Shown piece after piece: positions 29,703 to 41,164 of a stretch of DNA of 64,000 nucleotides. The position numbers and the translations under genes were made by a program. The stretch is taken from NCBI GenBank assembly GCA_965116495.1, contig OZ220696.1, positions 3,296,001 through 3,360,000 of the forward strand. Direction: 5' to 3'. Below the pieces are notes generated by a model that saw only the letters and a list, made by a program, of their open reading frames with translations, was not told the origin of the DNA and did no database searches. This stretch comes from Gammaproteobacteria bacterium. GTDB lineage: Bacteria > Pseudomonadota > Gammaproteobacteria > Eutrophobiales > Eutrophobiaceae. Numbering within the stretch: position 1 is the stretch's first letter; every line of letters begins with the position of its first letter.

Positions 29703-30140
29703 ATGCCATTAACCGACCTGCATCACGTGGCGTTGAGAACAAAGGACCTTACGGCCAGTGAACATTTCTACACGCAAGTGCTCGGTATGGAAAAAGTGGA
29801 CCGGCCGGATTTCGATTTCCCGGGCGCCTGGTTACAGATGGGGGAGACCATGTTTCACCTGATGGCCGGCTACGCAGCCCTGGGCCCGGACGGCGAAATT
29901 TCCCGCGGTAGCGGCGCCGTCGACCACCTGGCAATCAAGGCGCAGGGTTTTGATGAGATGCGTGATAAATTCGAAGGATCGGGTATCACGTACAAGGAAA
30001 ACAATATACCGGATTTCGCTATCTGGCAGCTGTTTGTCAACGACCCGGACGGCGTCATCATAGAATTGAATTTCCACTGCGCCGACGAACCGCAAGGGTC
30101 CCGGGGACCGGGACGCGCCACGCTGAGCAAGACCACCTGA
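29703..30140 (+). CDS. VOC/glyoxalase-family protein
   Basis: LHHVA, FY..VLG, RP.FDFPGAWL, DHLA and QLF..DPDG..IEL motifs. Confidence 0.88.
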   Translation: MPLTDLHHVALRTKDLTASEHFYTQVLGMEKVDRPDFDFPGAWLQMGETMFHLMAGYAALGPDGEISRGSGAVDHLAIKAQGFDEMRDKFEGSGITYKENNIPDFAIWQLFVNDPDGVIIELNFHCADEPQGSRGPGRATLSKTT

Positions 30141-30160
30141 CTCTGTTATCTGGGTGAACA

Positions 30161-30185
30161 GGGGACAGGTTTGAAATCTGTCCCC
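30161..30185. repeat. GGGGACAG...CTGTCCCC palindrome between convergent genes
   Basis: GGGGACAGGTTT-G-AAATCTGTCCCC. Confidence 0.8.
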
Positions 30186-30190
30186 GGCTG

Positions 30191-30508
30191 TTATTCATCA
30201 ACAGTTATATAAATATACCCGTCTTCCCCCAGCCGGGTTTCGTACCTGTCCAGCGGTATCACGCAGGGGGGGTCGACGGGTTCTCCCGTCCTGATTTCGA
30301 ATGAGCCTTCGTGGTACGGGCAGACGACCTCGTCGCCCCTGATTTCACCGTCGGACAGGAACGCCTGGCCGTGGGTACATACATCACTGGTGGCAAAGTA
30401 TTTCCCTTCGAGGTTGTAGATGGCAACCGCGGTGTCGTCTTCCAGGTAGTGCTGCGTGACGGAGTTGGTCTCCAGTGCGTCATGCTTTATGGTTTTTACT
30501 TCAGGCAT
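30191..30508 (-). CDS. Rieske-type [2Fe-2S] ferredoxin (dioxygenase electron carrier)
   Basis: CTHG...LSDG...CPYH.G.F...TGE; 105 aa from ATG 30508. Confidence 0.92.
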   Translation of the reverse strand: MPEVKTIKHDALETNSVTQHYLEDDTAVAIYNLEGKYFATSDVCTHGQAFLSDGEIRGDEVVCPYHEGSFEIRTGEPVDPPCVIPLDRYETRLGEDGYIYITVDE

Positions 30509-30509
30509 A

Positions 30510-31136
30510 TCAGTTGGTATCGTAGGTTTCAAAGCGAAGTGGCGTAGGCTTATCGCCGTTCACCACCTCCGGCCAGGCACAGACCGACACCATCCAGGTC
30601 AGGTCCATTTCCGCCCTTAAATCAATATAATCCCCCGCCTTGGTAACAGGTCTGTCGATGAGCCACTCCCCCTCCTGGGAGTAGATCACCGTCATGAAGA
30701 TATTGAAACAGGCAACCGATTGCAGGTAGTTCGGGTCAATCCCGAGTTTGCGGTATTCTTCCTGGATCGTGTCGCGACAGCCGTTCTCATCCGAGCCCAG
30801 GTACAACCTGCGTGCGGCGTTGGAGCAGAAACCGCCACCGGTGTAATGGTTGGCGGTCCTGTCGCCGGCAATTGTCCACATGTCATTCATGAGGTTGCTG
30901 CGGATAGTATCCCCTTCCTGCCATTTGTAGCGGCCGTGATGCCAGCTGGTGTAGACGCAATCCTGGAATTCGTTGGGGTCGCCGGATTTTACGGCAACAA
31001 AATCCGCCACCTGCTGTCCTTCCACGTCGATAATCCTCAGGGTTTGTCCTTTCCTTATATGTCCATGGCCGCCATGATGCGCCTGGATAGTGGTTGTATC
31101 GATCAATTTGCCCGGAGTATCACTCATATCTGCCAC
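30510..31136 (-). CDS. DUF1989 / urea carboxylase-associated family protein
   Basis: GQTLRIIDVEGQQVADF, C...GC.D, FNIFM, GDYIDLRAEMD and SVC motifs. Confidence 0.85.
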   Translation of the reverse strand: MADMSDTPGKLIDTTTIQAHHGGHGHIRKGQTLRIIDVEGQQVADFVAVKSGDPNEFQDCVYTSWHHGRYKWQEGDTIRSNLMNDMWTIAGDRTANHYTGGGFCSNAARRLYLGSDENGCRDTIQEEYRKLGIDPNYLQSVACFNIFMTVIYSQEGEWLIDRPVTKAGDYIDLRAEMDLTWMVSVCAWPEVVNGDKPTPLRFETYDTN

Positions 31137-31264
31137 CTATTATGCTCAATAATTATAACCAGGGTCCCTGTTCAGGTTAGTATGGGAACCTCTGGATTAA
31201 GACACACAGAGTTACCTATAATACCTGATCCGTTGTTTTCTGTGATCCCGATATTGGACTGGAC

Positions 31265-31708
31265 ATGATAATCGAAGGCGAACACAGGCTGCCCTGTGAA
31301 CTGGCAAGAGCATGGCAGGCCTTGAATGACCCCGGAGTACTGAAACTCTGTATCCCGGGTTGTGAAAGTATCGAAGCGGCAGGGGAAAACCGCTACGAGT
31401 GCCTGATAACGGCTAAGTACGGGCCGGTCAAGACAAGGTTTAAAACCGTCCTGGCGCTTACCAACATCGATGCGCCGTATTCCTACACGCTGGCCGGCGA
31501 GGGCAAGGGCGGCGTTGCCGGTTTCGGCAAGGGCAAGGCAGACGTTCAACTTGCACAGGACGGGGAGGATACGCTGCTGCGCTACCAGGCGGAGTTTTCC
31601 GTGGGCGGTAAACTCGCCCAGGTCGGGTCCAGGTTGATAGCATCAACGACGAAGAAGATGTCGAATGATTTCTTTTCCCGGTTTTCGGAAGAGATCAGCG
31701 GCGGGTAG
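31265..31708 (+). CDS. CoxG-like SRPBCC protein
   Basis: ALNDP.VL..CIPGCE, GEGKGG.AGF.KG and GGKLAQVGSRLI motifs. Confidence 0.9.
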   Translation: MIIEGEHRLPCELARAWQALNDPGVLKLCIPGCESIEAAGENRYECLITAKYGPVKTRFKTVLALTNIDAPYSYTLAGEGKGGVAGFGKGKADVQLAQDGEDTLLRYQAEFSVGGKLAQVGSRLIASTTKKMSNDFFSRFSEEISGG

Positions 31709-31717
31709 ATACATATT

Positions 31718-31746
31718 GAATTTAAATAAACTTTTTATTTAAATTC
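31718..31746. promoter_or_regulatory. Perfect AT-rich palindrome (13-3-13), candidate repressor operator for the oxygenase operon
   Basis: GAATTTAAATAAA-CTT-TTTATTTAAATTC, ~60 bp upstream of ATG 31810. Confidence 0.65.
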
Positions 31747-31809
31747 CAGGATTCATTATTTATACTTTAATGTTCACTGTCCTGGAATATTAAACATGGG
31801 GGTTTTGGC

Positions 31810-33099
31810 ATGGGTAAGTTTAATGAAATCGCGCTGGACCTGATGAAACGCACCGCAGCTTACGTCCCGGATTTTGAGTTCGAGGGGGCGGATCCCGCTA
31901 CGGCTGCAAAACCCTGGCAAGCGTGGCTCAAGGCGGAACTGGGGTTTCGCAATCACTGGTACCCGACGGAGGCCAGCCGCAACATCAGGGATGGCGAGCA
32001 CAAGGCGATCAAGTTGCTGGGTGAGGATATTCTCTACCTGCGCCGGGCCGGCCGCCTGTACGCGATTGAAGACCGCTGCAGCCACCGCGGCACGCGCTTC
32101 TCGCAACGGCCCGTGTGTTATACGGACGATACCATTACCTGCTGGCACCACGCATTCACCTTTAACCTGGACGACGGCCGCATTCGCTGCCTGTTGAACG
32201 ACCCCGACTCCTCCCTGGCCGGGCGCAAGGGGATAAAGAGCTACCCGGTGCGGGAAGTAAAAGGCGTAATTTTCACATTTGTCGGCGATATGAATCCGCC
32301 GCCGCCCCTGGAGCACGACGTACCCCCCGGGTTTTTTGACGAAGACATGGCGATCTGCGTGGCGGACCCGTACCTGGTAAATGCAAACTGGCGCCTGGGT
32401 TCGGAAGGCGGTTACGACCCGGGCCACCATTACATCCACAACTGGTCAAAATTCTCCATCAATTCACGCATACCCATGACCTTCGGCTGGGTGTCGAAGA
32501 AGGAAGCGGTGCTGGAGACCAGTATTTACGAGCTGATGGAAAACGGCCCGAAAGGATTTACCCGCCTGGCGGCGGAGACCAACATGTCCATGACTGCAAA
32601 AATACCCGGACGGAACGGCGGGGCGGATACCGATGTCATCCTGCCCATCGCCAAGGGCCAGTCCCCCCGGGAAATAGAAATTCTGGGACAGCACGCGTTC
32701 ACCACCGAGGTCGGCGAGTGGCTACCCTGCGGGCTGAAGGTCAATCCATGGCCTTTCCCGGGGGTGGTTCACAACGAATACTACGTGCCGCGGGACGCCA
32801 ACTCCCACTACTATTTCCAGTGCGGCTGGAAGCGCGTGGAAAATGAAGAGGAAGCCCGGGAATGGGCCGAAGGCGACTTGGGGCAGGTGCGCTGGAAAGT
32901 CCCTGTAGTCGATGACTTTACCATCCAGGATGCCGAGGCGCGGGAATACATCCACGAATTCTATGCCAGCGAAGACGGCTGGAACCAGGAGCAGACGGCC
33001 CGGTTCGATATCGAGCTGCTGATGTGGCGCGTGTTTGCCGGTGAGTATAGCCGCGGTATCCAGGAGGAAAAGCACACGAAAGGCCATTTCAAGAGATAA
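31810..33099 (+). CDS. CarAa/OxoO-type Rieske oxygenase (B1)
   Basis: LGFRNHWYP, KLLGE, DRCSHRG, TITCWHH, NWRL..E...DPGH.YIH, PPPL..D.PP and D..ARE, as recalled for carbazole 1,9a-dioxygenase and 2-oxoquinoline 8-monooxygenase. Confidence 0.88.
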   Translation: MGKFNEIALDLMKRTAAYVPDFEFEGADPATAAKPWQAWLKAELGFRNHWYPTEASRNIRDGEHKAIKLLGEDILYLRRAGRLYAIEDRCSHRGTRFSQRPVCYTDDTITCWHHAFTFNLDDGRIRCLLNDPDSSLAGRKGIKSYPVREVKGVIFTFVGDMNPPPPLEHDVPPGFFDEDMAICVADPYLVNANWRLGSEGGYDPGHHYIHNWSKFSINSRIPMTFGWVSKKEAVLETSIYELMENGPKGFTRLAAETNMSMTAKIPGRNGGADTDVILPIAKGQSPREIEILGQHAFTTEVGEWLPCGLKVNPWPFPGVVHNEYYVPRDANSHYYFQCGWKRVENEEEAREWAEGDLGQVRWKVPVVDDFTIQDAEAREYIHEFYASEDGWNQEQTARFDIELLMWRVFAGEYSRGIQEEKHTKGHFKR

Positions 33100-33105
33100 G
33101 AATCA

Positions 33106-33708
33106 ATGGGTACGGTATTGCATATCGATTGCAGTGCTCGTGCTGTCAATTCGGTCAGCCGCAGGTTATCCCGGATTGTGGTTGATCAACTCCTGGAGGC
33201 GGAGCCGTCTGTCCGGGTGATCAGGCGGGACCTGGGCGCTTCGGCGCCTGCGCCCGTTAACGCGGTGGAGGCGAAAGCCTTTTTTACCCCGCCACCGGAC
33301 AGGACCGGGGAGCAGGTCGGGGCGTTGGCAGATTCCGATGCCTTGACGGAGGAATTATTGCAGGCCGACACCTTGGTGCTGGGAACACCCATGTATAACT
33401 TTACGGTGCCGGCCAGCCTGAAAGCCTGGATCGATTACGTGGTCAGGCCCGGAAAGGCCTTCCGCCGGGTGGCCAACGGCCGGCTTGAGGGCCTGTGCGG
33501 AGGTAAAAAGGTCTATGTATGCACGGCCGGCAGCGGCAAGTCCAGGGGCACGGATATGGACCACTTGCGCCCGTACCTGGACACGATCTTTGCGTTTATC
33601 GGGATCACGGATGTCGTTTATTTCGATGCGGAGGGACTGGCATGGGGAGAGCAGGAACGGGAACGGTCGATAAATGCAGCAATCGAGAACATTCAACAGA
33701 ATCTGTAA
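33106..33708 (+). CDS. azoR: FMN-dependent NADH:quinone oxidoreductase/azoreductase
   Basis: ID.S.R...S.SR.L, PMYNFTVPASLKAWID...R.G..F and FIGITDV motifs. Confidence 0.88.
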   Translation: MGTVLHIDCSARAVNSVSRRLSRIVVDQLLEAEPSVRVIRRDLGASAPAPVNAVEAKAFFTPPPDRTGEQVGALADSDALTEELLQADTLVLGTPMYNFTVPASLKAWIDYVVRPGKAFRRVANGRLEGLCGGKKVYVCTAGSGKSRGTDMDHLRPYLDTIFAFIGITDVVYFDAEGLAWGEQERERSINAAIENIQQNL

Positions 33709-33747
33709 AATACACAGAACATACTTCCTGACAAGAGGAGAGACGGC

Positions 33748-34659
33748 ATGTCGAAGATCAAGGGTCTAGGTTATATCGGTTGTGAGGTGACGGACTTTGA
33801 TGCCTGGGACAGCCTGCTGGACACCGTGTATGGACTGGAGCGGCGTGCGGACAGCGGGGAATCGCTCCGGCACTACCGCATGGACGATAACCACCACAGG
33901 CTGGCGCTGCATAAATCGAACAGCAACAAATTGAAATACATCGGCTGGGAGGTCGAATTCCAGGGAGACCTGGATAACCTGGCCGCTGAACTGAGCGACA
34001 AGGGTATAGCGGTAGAAGCCGGCAGCGCGGCGTTACGCGAGGAGCGCGCCGTGATGGACCTGTTTGTGGTAAGCGGGCCTGATGATATCCGCCTGGAAAT
34101 CTTTTTCGGCCCCGTGCAGGACTGCAAACCGTTTACGCCGAAGCGCGGGATGGAAGGTTACAATACCGGCGACCTGGGTATGGGACACATAGTGCTGGCT
34201 ACGGCCGACCGGCCGGCCTCGGTAAAGTGGTACGAGGACAACCTGGGCTTCCGCCTGAGCGACCATATTTTCTGGGATGACATACAGGCGACCTTCCTGC
34301 ATTGCAACCCGCGCCACCACAGCCTGGCCTTCATGAACCCTGTCGGCGGTATGAAGCCCGGCGACCTGGGTCATTTCATGTTCGAGAGCCTGTCGCTGAA
34401 TGACTTGGGCCGCGCCTACGATATCGTCCATGAACACAAGGTGCCGCTGGCCTTGACGCTGGGACGGCATTCCAATGACCACATGATGTCGTTTTATATC
34501 TATTCCCCTTCCGGATGGTGGATCGAGTACGGCCACGGCGCCCGCCTCATTGATGATGCGGAGTGGGAACCCAAGTTTTACAATTCCCCGAAGATCTGGG
34601 GCCACGAGATGCTGCCGCCACCAGGCGAAGCAGTCGCAGGGGAACAGCATAAACGCTAA
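33748..34659 (+). CDS. Type I (BphC/HsaC-like) extradiol ring-cleavage dioxygenase
   Basis: GLGYIG, GMGHIVL, FLHCNPRHHSLA, GHFMFE and LGRHSND...SFY..SPSGW.IEYG (His/His/Glu triad). Confidence 0.93.
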   Translation: MSKIKGLGYIGCEVTDFDAWDSLLDTVYGLERRADSGESLRHYRMDDNHHRLALHKSNSNKLKYIGWEVEFQGDLDNLAAELSDKGIAVEAGSAALREERAVMDLFVVSGPDDIRLEIFFGPVQDCKPFTPKRGMEGYNTGDLGMGHIVLATADRPASVKWYEDNLGFRLSDHIFWDDIQATFLHCNPRHHSLAFMNPVGGMKPGDLGHFMFESLSLNDLGRAYDIVHEHKVPLALTLGRHSNDHMMSFYIYSPSGWWIEYGHGARLIDDAEWEPKFYNSPKIWGHEMLPPPGEAVAGEQHKR

Positions 34660-34667
34660 AAAGATTA

Positions 34668-35849
<1,182 letters not shown>

Positions 35850-35864
35850 ATACTGGAGAAAACA

Positions 35865-36731
35865 ATGACAAATATCTGGAACCACCTGCAGGGAGTGGAA
35901 TTCAAACAGACCTGGTACGACGCCGGGGGTGTCAGGACACGCGCCATCGAAGCAGGTGATGGCCCCCCGTTGATATTGCTGCACGGCACCGGCGGCCATG
36001 CGGAAGCCTACGTGAAAAATATCGAGGCCCATGCAGAGCATTTCCACGTCTATGCCATCGACATGGTGGGCCACGGCTACACCGACGCCCCAGACATCGG
36101 TTATCACATGCAGTGTTACGTGGACTTTATGAAAGACTTCCTGGACGCCATCGGCGCAGATAAAGCCCACATCTCGGGAGAATCCCTCGGCGCAACGGTC
36201 GCGTCCTGGTTCGCCCTGCAGTACCCGGACCGGGTCGGCAAGATCGTCATGAATACCGGTATGATGCTGCCGCCGGACGAGGCAGGCGCGGTGGAATTAA
36301 GAGATCTGCTGGAACGCAGCCGCAAGGCCGCCGGCTCACCGGACCGTAATGCGGTCAGGCAACGGATGCGCTGGCTGATGCACCGTGATGAGGACGTGAC
36401 AGACGAGATCGTCGAAGTGCGCTACCGCATCTACCAGCAACCGGGCCGCGCCGCGGTGATCAGGAAGATCGCAGAGCAAAGCATCGGCGCACTGCTGGAC
36501 CCGGTCGAGCAGGAAAAATGGTACAAACCGGAATTGCTGCAGCAGTTGCCCTGTCCCACACTGGTGTTGTGGACGCGTTACAACCCGGGCCAACTGGTAC
36601 CGCTGGCGGAGCAGGGCGCCGCCCTGATTCCCGACAGCGAACTGGTGGTGCTGGAAAATTCCGCCCACTGGCCGCAGTGGGAGGAACCGGAAGCATTCAA
36701 CAAGGCGCATATCGGGTACCTGCTAAAGTAA
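35865..36731 (+). CDS. Alpha/beta hydrolase, meta-cleavage product hydrolase-like
   Basis: LHG.GG, D..GHG, GESLG nucleophile elbow and AHWPQWE.P motif. Confidence 0.88.
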   Translation: MTNIWNHLQGVEFKQTWYDAGGVRTRAIEAGDGPPLILLHGTGGHAEAYVKNIEAHAEHFHVYAIDMVGHGYTDAPDIGYHMQCYVDFMKDFLDAIGADKAHISGESLGATVASWFALQYPDRVGKIVMNTGMMLPPDEAGAVELRDLLERSRKAAGSPDRNAVRQRMRWLMHRDEDVTDEIVEVRYRIYQQPGRAAVIRKIAEQSIGALLDPVEQEKWYKPELLQQLPCPTLVLWTRYNPGQLVPLAEQGAALIPDSELVVLENSAHWPQWEEPEAFNKAHIGYLLK

Positions 36732-36758
36732 CCCCGCAATATCATTTTGAAAACTGAG

Positions 36759-38024
36759 ATGAGCGAAATCACCCGAAACCTGCTGGAAGAGACCCAGGAC
36801 TATGTGGAACAGGCCAAGGCCAGGACAGCGCGGGCGCGCAAGCCCTGGCAGGTCTGGCTTGACGCGGAGTGGGGGTTTCGCAATTACTGGTACCCGGCGG
36901 CGTTGTCACGCCACCTGGACGAAGGGGACGCAAAAGGGATTGAACTGCTGGGAGAGGAAATCCTGCTCACCCGGCAGAACGGCAAACTACATGCCATGGA
37001 AGACCGCTGCCCGCACCGCGGCATCCGTTTCTCGGCCCGACCCCTGTTCTACACAAAGGAAACCCTGACCTGCTGGTACCACACCTGGACCTACGACCTG
37101 GAGGACGGCAGCCTGCGCACCATACTCAGCTCGCCGGATTCGAAGATGATAGGCAAGTGCAGTATCAAGATCTACCCGGTGGAAGAGCGCAAGGGCATCA
37201 TCTTCATCTTCGTGGGCGATATTGAACCACCGCCCCTGTACTACGACCTGGCGCCCGGCCTGCTGGATGATAACGCTGTGGTTTATTGCGGCGAACCTTA
37301 CGAGATCAACGCCAACTGGCGCCTCGGGTGTGAAAACGGTTACGACCCCGGCCACCAGTTCATCCACAATTGGTCGGAGATGTGCATCAACGCCGGGATG
37401 CACACCTCCTACGGATACACGTCCACCAGGGAAGCCGTGCTGGATACCACCCGTTACGTAGAAAATGAAGACGGCCCGAAAGGCTTTACCCGCAAGGTGG
37501 AGAAAACGGAATTCAAGCACGAAGCATTTATCCCCCTCAAGGACGGCGGGCGCAAGGACCTGGTCCTGCCCCTGGCCAGGGGCAAGTCTCCGGAGGAACT
37601 GGCGCAGTTGACTGATATCATCCGCCTGGGCACCGTCGGGCTGTGGATGCCCTGTTCGCTAAAGGTGACCACATTCCCGGCGCCCCAGTGCACCCACTAC
37701 GAGTTCTATGTGCCGAAGAACAAGGACGTGCACATCTATTTCCAGTTCGGCGTGATCCACACCGACGACGAGGACGAAGCGGAACGCTGGCTGGGCGAAG
37801 ACGGCCGGGTCATGTGGGAGGTGCCTGCAGTGGAGGGGTTTACCGTGGACGATGCCTTTGCCCGAGAACAACTGCATAAATACTATGCCGAGGAGGACGG
37901 GTGGCAGCGGGAACGGCTGTTCCAGCCGGACGTCGAACTGACCATGTGGCGCCGGTTTGCCAGCAAACATGCCCGCGGCATACAGACCGCCGATCATACC
38001 CGCGGCTACTTCAAACGGGACTGA
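36759..38024 (+). CDS. CarAa/OxoO-type Rieske oxygenase (B2, paralogue of B1)
   Basis: WGFRNYWYP, DRCPHRG, TCWYH, NWRLGCENGYDPGHQFIH and DDAFARE motifs. Confidence 0.88.
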   Translation: MSEITRNLLEETQDYVEQAKARTARARKPWQVWLDAEWGFRNYWYPAALSRHLDEGDAKGIELLGEEILLTRQNGKLHAMEDRCPHRGIRFSARPLFYTKETLTCWYHTWTYDLEDGSLRTILSSPDSKMIGKCSIKIYPVEERKGIIFIFVGDIEPPPLYYDLAPGLLDDNAVVYCGEPYEINANWRLGCENGYDPGHQFIHNWSEMCINAGMHTSYGYTSTREAVLDTTRYVENEDGPKGFTRKVEKTEFKHEAFIPLKDGGRKDLVLPLARGKSPEELAQLTDIIRLGTVGLWMPCSLKVTTFPAPQCTHYEFYVPKNKDVHIYFQFGVIHTDDEDEAERWLGEDGRVMWEVPAVEGFTVDDAFAREQLHKYYAEEDGWQRERLFQPDVELTMWRRFASKHARGIQTADHTRGYFKRD

Positions 38025-38026
38025 CC

Positions 38027-38667
38027 TTGGGTAATCCCTACGATGACCTGACCTACGGTGGTCGGCCGGTGGGGTTTGGCGAAAGACCGGCCATCGCCGT
38101 CGTCGATCTGCAGGTGGGATTTACTGATCCGCAGTATCCGCTGGGGGGACGCCCGCTGGTCGCGGCGGCCACGGAACATACCTCCCTGCTGGTCAGGGCG
38201 GCGCGCCAGAAAGGCGTACCCATCGCTTCCTGCGCCATGGCCTACAAGGACGCGGGAGACATGCCCCACTGGAAGATCCTGGCCATGTACGCAGGGTCCT
38301 TCTTCAAGGGGCACCCTGCCGTTGAACTGGACCCGCGCATCTACGATGCCGGCCATGACCTGGCTGTTATCAAAAGCGCGCCCTCCATCTTTTTTGCAAC
38401 TCCCGTACACCAGTACTTCACCCGGCACAACGTGGACACGGTGATTGTCTGCGGCTGCATGACGGCAGGCTGTGTGCGCGCCTCCGTCATCGACAGCTTT
38501 TCCCACGGCTGGCGCACCATCGTCCCCGAGGAATGTGTGGGCGACGTGGACCAGGCGCCCCATGACGCCAACCTGCTGGACATGCGCCGGCGCTATGCCG
38601 ACGTGTTGCCCCTGCAGGAGGTTATGGCTTATATTGACAACCTAGATTTGACACTTAATACAAATCC

Positions 38668-38671
<4 letters not shown>
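38027..38671 (+). CDS. Isochorismatase-family amidohydrolase (maleamate / N-carbamoylsarcosine amidase-like)
   Basis: GFG.RPA..VVD, K..PS.FF, GC.T.GCVRAS..D and NL.D...RYADV motifs; TTG start. Confidence 0.85.
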
Positions 38672-40016
<1,345 letters not shown>

Positions 40017-40028
40017 TTAATGCTTAAT

Positions 40029-40121
40029 CGTCATTCCTGCGAATGCAGGAATCCAGTGAAAAAACATTCCTTATTAAGGAGTTCTGTTGTCTACTGGATT
40101 CCCGCATGCGCGGGAATGACG
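40029..40121. repeat. Inverted pair of dRS3-like REP units between amnB and amnA
   Basis: cgtcattcctgcgaatgcaggaatccagt ... actggattcccgcatgcgcgggaatgacg. Confidence 0.85.
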
Positions 40122-40183
40122 CACGAAATAGCAAATGACGAACCATGATACGACATTATTTATAATGAACAGGTGAACCAACT

Positions 40184-40999
40184 ATGAGCGCCGTTTCCGC
40201 CTTTCTGGTACCTGGCTCCCCCTTGCCCTACGTGCAGCGTGACAATCCGCCCTGGGGCGAAATTGCCGTTGCCATGGAAACCGCCGGCAAATCCCTGGCC
40301 GCCTCAGACCCGGACCTGATCGTCATCTATTCCACCCAGTGGATCGCGGTGCTGGACCAGTTGTGGCAGACCCGTGCGGTCCTGAAGGGCCTGCACGTTG
40401 ATGAGAACTGGCACGAGTATGGCGACCTGCCGTTCGACATGAAGATCGACGTCGAATTTGCCGAACTGGCGTTGAAAAAGACTGCCGCAGCAGGAATCAA
40501 GGCCAAAGGCGTGGACTATGATCATTTCCCGGTGGACACCGGCGCCATCGTCGCGTCCAACTTCCTTAACCCGGGCGGTGACATCCCCCTGGCCATCACG
40601 TCCAATAACGTCTACCACGACTGGCAGATGACGGAATCCCTGGGCCGGGTCGCTGCCGAATCAGCAGCCAAACTCGACCGGAAACTGGCCGTAATCGGCG
40701 TAGGCGGCCTGTCCGGCTCCATCTACCGTCACGTAATCGACATCAGCGACGATAAAATCGCCGACCCCGCGGAGGATGAATGGAACAGGAAGATCCTGGC
40801 AATAATGGAGCAAGGCGACACGGAGACCTTGTTACAGACCTGCCACGACTATGCCGCCGCGGCCCGGGTGGACATGGGCTTCAAACACTTCGCATTCATC
40901 ATGGGCGCCACCGGCGGCAACTTCAACGGCGCCACGGTGCATGCCTACGGCCCCCTGTACGGCAGTGGCGCCGCCGTCGTCGAATTCGACCTAAATTGA
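40184..40999 (+). CDS. amnA: 2-aminophenol 1,6-dioxygenase alpha subunit
   Basis: SAFLVPG.PLP, YSTQW.AVLDQ.W, HVDENW, VDMGFKH and YGP.YGSGAAV motifs. Confidence 0.92.
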   Translation: MSAVSAFLVPGSPLPYVQRDNPPWGEIAVAMETAGKSLAASDPDLIVIYSTQWIAVLDQLWQTRAVLKGLHVDENWHEYGDLPFDMKIDVEFAELALKKTAAAGIKAKGVDYDHFPVDTGAIVASNFLNPGGDIPLAITSNNVYHDWQMTESLGRVAAESAAKLDRKLAVIGVGGLSGSIYRHVIDISDDKIADPAEDEWNRKILAIMEQGDTETLLQTCHDYAAAARVDMGFKHFAFIMGATGGNFNGATVHAYGPLYGSGAAVVEFDLN

Positions 41000-41044
41000 A
41001 AAAGAAGTATTCAACGTCTTAATCCCGACAGACGATTCCCTTTC

Positions 41045-41159
41045 TAACCGGCAATTGGTCGCGGTATTAACCGGCAATTAGTCGGAATACTAACCGGCAA
41101 TTGGTCGCTATACTAACCGGCAATTAGTCGCTATACTAACCGGCAAATGGCCGCTGCTT
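41045..41159. repeat. Five tandem 23-bp repeats (TAACCGGCAATTRGTCG + variable 6 nt) directly upstream of the ATPase gene
   Basis: Units start at 41045, 41068, 41091, 41114 and 41137; the last is degenerate and ends 5 bp before ATG 41165. Confidence 0.95.
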
Positions 41160-41164
41160 ATTCC

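Noticed and set aside
41045-41159. CRISPR array
   Set aside because: Units are contiguous 23-mers with only ~6 variable nt, two tails are identical, and no cas genes are present; kept as a tandem array.
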